Below, in pieces: positions 56,690 to 64,000 of a stretch of DNA of 64,000 nt. Below the pieces are notes generated by a model. That model was not told where the DNA came from. It ran no database searches and saw nothing but the letters and a program-made list of their open reading frames with translations. Made by a program: the position numbers and the translations under genes. The stretch lies in the NCBI RefSeq assembly GCF_009914755.1, contig NC_060932.1; one strand, given 5' to 3'. This stretch comes from the human T2T-CHM13v2.0 reference genome, Homo sapiens. The first letter of the stretch is position 1; each line of letters opens with the position of its first letter.

Positions 56690-57002
56690 GACGGACAGCC
56701 CCCAGCATGGACAGCCGCCAGCATAAACAAACCCCACCATGGACAGACAGCGGCATAGGCAGCCCCCAGCATGGACAGACCCTGGACATGGACAGCCCCC
56801 ACCACGGACAGACTCCATCGTGGACAGCCCCCAGCATAAACAGACCCTATCATGGACAGCCCCCAGCATGGACAGACCCTGGACATGGACAGCCCCCACC
56901 ACGGACAGACTCCATCGTGGACTTCTCCCAGCATAAACAGACCCTATCATGCACAGCCCCCAGCATGGACAGGCCCTGGACATGGACAGCCCCCAGCACG
57001 GA
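56690..57002. repeat. Minisatellite with a ~16-bp monomer and a 97-bp higher-order period
   Basis: Monomer ggacagcccccagcat; higher-order unit starts at 56761, 56858, 56955. Confidence 0.92.
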
Positions 57003-58709
57003 GAGCAAGTCTGAAATCTCCAGGGCAGATTGACAGGCTAGAAATATAGGCAAAAACTTGATCATGCAATCTTTTAGGCAGATTGTGTTCTTTGGGTAAC
57101 CCCAGTCTTTGGTTTTCAATTATTTGGAGGAAACCTACCCATGTTACGGGGGACAATCTGCTTTACCCAAATTCTCCTGACTCGAAACCAAGTCCCTTTC
57201 ACATGGTAACTTCACAGCACATCCAGACGACTGTGTGACGGAACCACAGGCGCCACCGCCTCGCCAGGCTGATGTAGAGTCAGCCATTCCGCTTCTCAAA
57301 GGAGCCGAGTCTGCTCCCACAGGAGGTGATTCTTCCTGAGCTCCCCCCTTAGAAGGTGCAGGATTGTATTTGTCACGCCATATGGTCCCTAAGCCAATGA
57401 GGTCTCCCGTGTCTTCAAAGTTGGCACTTGTTAAATGAAACATGCTCCAACTCATTTGGAAGCAAGGTAGGGTCCTTATTTAAATTTGATTCATGTGTCT
57501 ACATTAGACAGATTTTCAGGGGGACACCACACCGGGAGCATGACTCTGTTTCTGTGTATCTACTAGATGTGTGTCTGCTAGAATAATCATTACAGTATCG
57601 TTCTTCCAGGAGATATAAGGGAAGGAAAATAAAAGGATAAATCACATGCTTAGATAAAAGAATGGGAGGTGACTTGGTTTTAGGGGAGCATTTTGGACTT
57701 TAAATCTCTGCAGACAAGCCAGATTCCAGCAGAGGTTCTGAAACTCACTTTCTGCATGGTGAAATCACATAATTTACTCATATCTCAGAATCCCCGAGCA
57801 TAGAAAACAGCTTGCTTTCTTTTCTTGCCAAACTCCCAAGAATACACAGAAAAATCCTCTAACAACTTCAAATCTTCTTGAACAAGATGGAAAGGGATAA
57901 ACAATGAAACTTTAAGCCCTTTTGGAAATTCAAATCCAAATTGTTGATTGACGTCAAACTCAGAGAGAAACAAATTAGGTTCTGACTGTGAGGCGGCTTA
58001 TTTTATACATTCTCGTCTGGCATAAAGAAATTATACTCTGACCTGGCTTCATATTGCCTATCAGTAAAATACATAAAACAACCTCCACTTAATCATGTTT
58101 AGGAAGGAATAGGATTTAGTTCCTTTGAAATTATATATTTGATTTTAAAAAATTTATGTACCTTCATTTGCACATTTGAATAGATTGCTTTCACAGTTAT
58201 ATTTTTATAGGTTTCTTATTTTGTGGTAAGGAGGGGATTATAGCTGTCTTCCCTAAAAAAAGTATCCATTTTACACTATATGTGAAGGGAATGGGATGGA
58301 GTTGATATTTCTAGTTTATATTATTAAAATAAATCATTGCTTACCATGTGAGATTTCAAATTCACACTTTCAGTTCATATTATTTATAATTTAGGAAATC
58401 TGTTTGCAGTACAATTCACTGCCCTACAAAGGCATGCCTCTTGCTAATGAACTGGTAACTCCGTCTTCCTCAAAAACATATGTTTAAAAATTAATGTTTA
58501 ATTTTCAATTTAGAAAATGTGTAAAGACAAAAAGGAAATTTAAAAAACAGCACGAGAGATTTAATAGTAAACATTTTTGCCTAAAATTTCTCACCAATGG
58601 TCTCCTCTGAAAAGATTAATGCCATCTTATTAAAGACATTGAAAATGCCTCAAAGATAGTATTACAGTTTTTTAATGGCTGTTTAATATTCATCTAATCT
58701 CATCGTAAA

Positions 58710-58836
58710 ATTTGGGGGAAGTTCTGGGATAGAGAGTTTTTTGAGTAAGTTCACATGGAGCTAATGGGTCCTCAATCATGTCATTATTCTGATTCTATTT
58801 ATGCTGTCCTTGAATACTATACTAGGATACTTGGCC
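58710..58836 (+). repeat. 127-bp direct repeat, copy 2
   Basis: Matches 55933-56059 with 4 mismatches. Confidence 0.95.
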
Positions 58837-58893
58837 AGTTTAAACTTCATGAACATTTAACATCATTGAACATTTACATATGAAAACCGTGCA

Positions 58894-58950
58894 GCCACTG
58901 CACTTCAGCCTGGGCGACAGAAGGAGACTCCATCTCCAAAAAAAATAAAT
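58894..58950 (+). mobile_element. Alu 3'-terminal fragment with A-tail
   Basis: gccactgcacttcagcctgggcgacagaaggagactccatctc followed by an A-rich tail. Confidence 0.88.
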
Positions 58951-58951
58951 A

Positions 58952-59857
58952 GGAGGGAGGAGCCAAGATGGCCGAATAGGAACAGCTCCAGTCAACAGCT
59001 CCCAGCCTGAGCGACGCAGAAGACAGGTGATTTCTGCATTTCCATCTGAGGTACCGGGTTCATCTCACTAGGGAGTGCCAGACAGTGGGCGCAGGTCAAT
59101 GGGTGCGCGCACCGTGCGCGAGCCAAAGCAGGGCGAGGCATTGCCTCACTCAGGAAGTGCAAGGGGTCAGGGAGTTCCCTTTCCTAATCAAAGAAAGGGG
59201 TGACGGACGGCACCTGGAAAATCGGGTCACTCCCACCCGAATACTGCGCTTTTCTGACGGGCTTGAAAAAAGGCGCACCACAAGATTATATCCCGCACCT
59301 GGCTCAGAGGGTCCTACCCCACGGAGTCTCGCTGATTGCTAGCACAGCAGTCTGAGATCAAACTGCAAGGTGGCAGCCAGGCTGGGGGAGGGGCGCCCGC
59401 CATTGCCCAGGCTTGCTTAGGTAAACAAAGCAGCCTGGAAGCTCGAACTGGGTGGAGCCCACCACAGCTCAAGGAGGCCTGCCTGCCTCTGTAGGCTCCA
59501 CCTTGGGGGCCGGGCACAGACAAACAAAAAGACAGCAGTAACCTCTGCAGACTTAAATGTCCCTGTCTGACAGCTTTGAAGAGAGCAGGGGTTCTCCCAG
59601 TACGCAGCTGGAGATCTGAGAAGGGGCAGACTGCCTCCTCAAGTGGGTCCCTGACCCCTGACCCCCGAGCTGCCTAACCGGGAGGCACCCTCCAGCAGGG
59701 GCACACTGACATCTCACACTGCAGGGTACTCCAACAGACCTGCAGCTGAGGGTCCTGTCTGTTAGAAGGAAAACTAACAAACAGAAAGGACATCCACACC
59801 AAAAACCCATCTGTACATCACCATCATCAAAGACCAAAAGTAGATAAAACCACAAAG
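58952..59857 (+). promoter_or_regulatory. L1 5' UTR internal promoter with YY1 site; antisense promoter region
   Basis: caagatggcc YY1 motif at about 58964-58973; partly CpG-retaining 5' UTR. Function is inferred from established L1 biology. Confidence 0.75.
59314..59403 (-). pseudogene. L1 ORF0, truncated by a frameshift
   Basis: MAGAPPPAWLPPCSLISDCCASNQRDSVG* matches the ORF0 N-terminus but stops after 29 aa. Confidence 0.8.
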
Positions 59858-60873
59858 ATGGGGAAAAAACAGAACAGAAAAATTGGAAACTCTAAAAAGC
59901 AGAGTGCCTCTCCTCCTCCAAAGGAACGCAGCTCCTCACCAGCAACGGAAGAAAGCTGGACGGAGAATGACTTTGACGAGCTGAGAGAAGAAGGCCTCAG
60001 ATGATCAAATTACTCTGAGCCATGGGAGGACATTCAAACCAAAGGTCAAAAGTTGAAAACTTTGAAAAAAATTTAGAAGAATGTATAACTAGAATAACCA
60101 ATACAGAGAAGTGCTTAAAGGAGCTGATGGAGCTGAAAACCAAGGCTCGAGAACTACGTGAAGACTGCAGAAGCCTCAGGAGCCGATGCGATCAACTGGA
60201 AGAAAGGGTATCAGCAATGGAAGATGAAATGAATGAAATGAAGCAAGAAGGGAAGTTTAGAGAAAAAAGAATAAAAAGAAATGAGCAAAGCCTCCAAGAA
60301 ATATGGGACTATGTGAAAAGACCAAATCTACGTCTGATTGGTGTACCTGAAAGTGATGGGGAGAATAGAACCAAGTTGGAAAACACTCTGCAGGATATTA
60401 TCCAGGAGAATTTCCCCAATCTAGAAAGGCAGGCCAACGTTCAGATTCAGGAAATACAGAGAACGCCACAAAGATACTCCTCGAGAAGAGCAACTCCAAC
60501 ACAGGTAATTGTCAGATTCACCAAAGTTGAAATGAAGGAAAAAATGTTAAGGGCAGCCAGAGAGAAAGGTCGGGTTACACTAAAAGGGAAGCCCATCAGA
60601 CTAACAGTGGATCTCTCGGCAGAAACTCTACAAGCCAGAAGAGAGTGGGGACCAATATTCAACATTCTTAAAGAAAAGAATTTTCAACCCAGAATTTCAT
60701 ATCCAGCCAAACTAAGCTTCGTAAGTGAAGGAGAAATAAAATACTTTACGGACAAGCAAATGCTGAGAGATTTTGTCACCACCAGGCCTGCCCTAAAAGA
60801 GCTCCTGAAGGAAGCGCTGAACATGGAAAGGAACCACCGGTACCGGCTGCTGCAAAATCATGCCAAAATGTAA
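59858..60873 (+). pseudogene. L1 ORF1p, disrupted
   Basis: MGKKQNRK start; in-frame TGA at 60002 and a -1 frameshift near 60048; C-terminal ORF1p (WDYVKRPNLRLIG, ARREWG, YPAKLS) remains open. Confidence 0.9.
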
Positions 60874-60921
60874 AGACTATCGAGATTAGGAAGAAACTGC
60901 ATCAACTAACGAGGAAAATAA

Positions 60922-64000
<3,079 letters not shown>

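Noticed and set aside
56587-57119. Repetitive ORFs on both strands
   Set aside because: Translations of the 16/97-bp minisatellite.

Overview
AT-rich, repeat-dominated primate genomic DNA (human or great ape, judged from L1PA, AluJ/S/Y, THE1 and MLT2 sequences). I found no recognisable host protein-coding gene, RNA gene or CRISPR array. All long ORFs are decayed LINE-1 ORF1/ORF2 pieces or translations of repeats. The most striking structure is a pair of old L1PA7-like elements in inverted orientation about 35 kb apart (L1-A 1-3945 +, L1-B 39007-45744 -). They have unrelated 3' flanks, yet share the same decayed Alu insertion (1 mismatch in 300 bp) and the same disabling lesions, with patchy identity along their length. 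This pattern fits repeated gene conversion between inverted repeats, and the 35-kb spacer is a candidate flipping inversion. The intact TSD of L1-B indicates this sequence has the ancestral orientation. Secondary observations: a 127-bp local duplication at a complex junction before a full-length L1PA2/3, several hairpin-creating micro-rearrangements, a twin-primed L1 with a possible 3' transduction, a very young AluY, MaLR/ERVL LTRs, several minisatellites and a few candidate orphan exons. All comparisons were made by eye and subfamily names come from recalled consensus features, so they need RepeatMasker/alignment confirmation.
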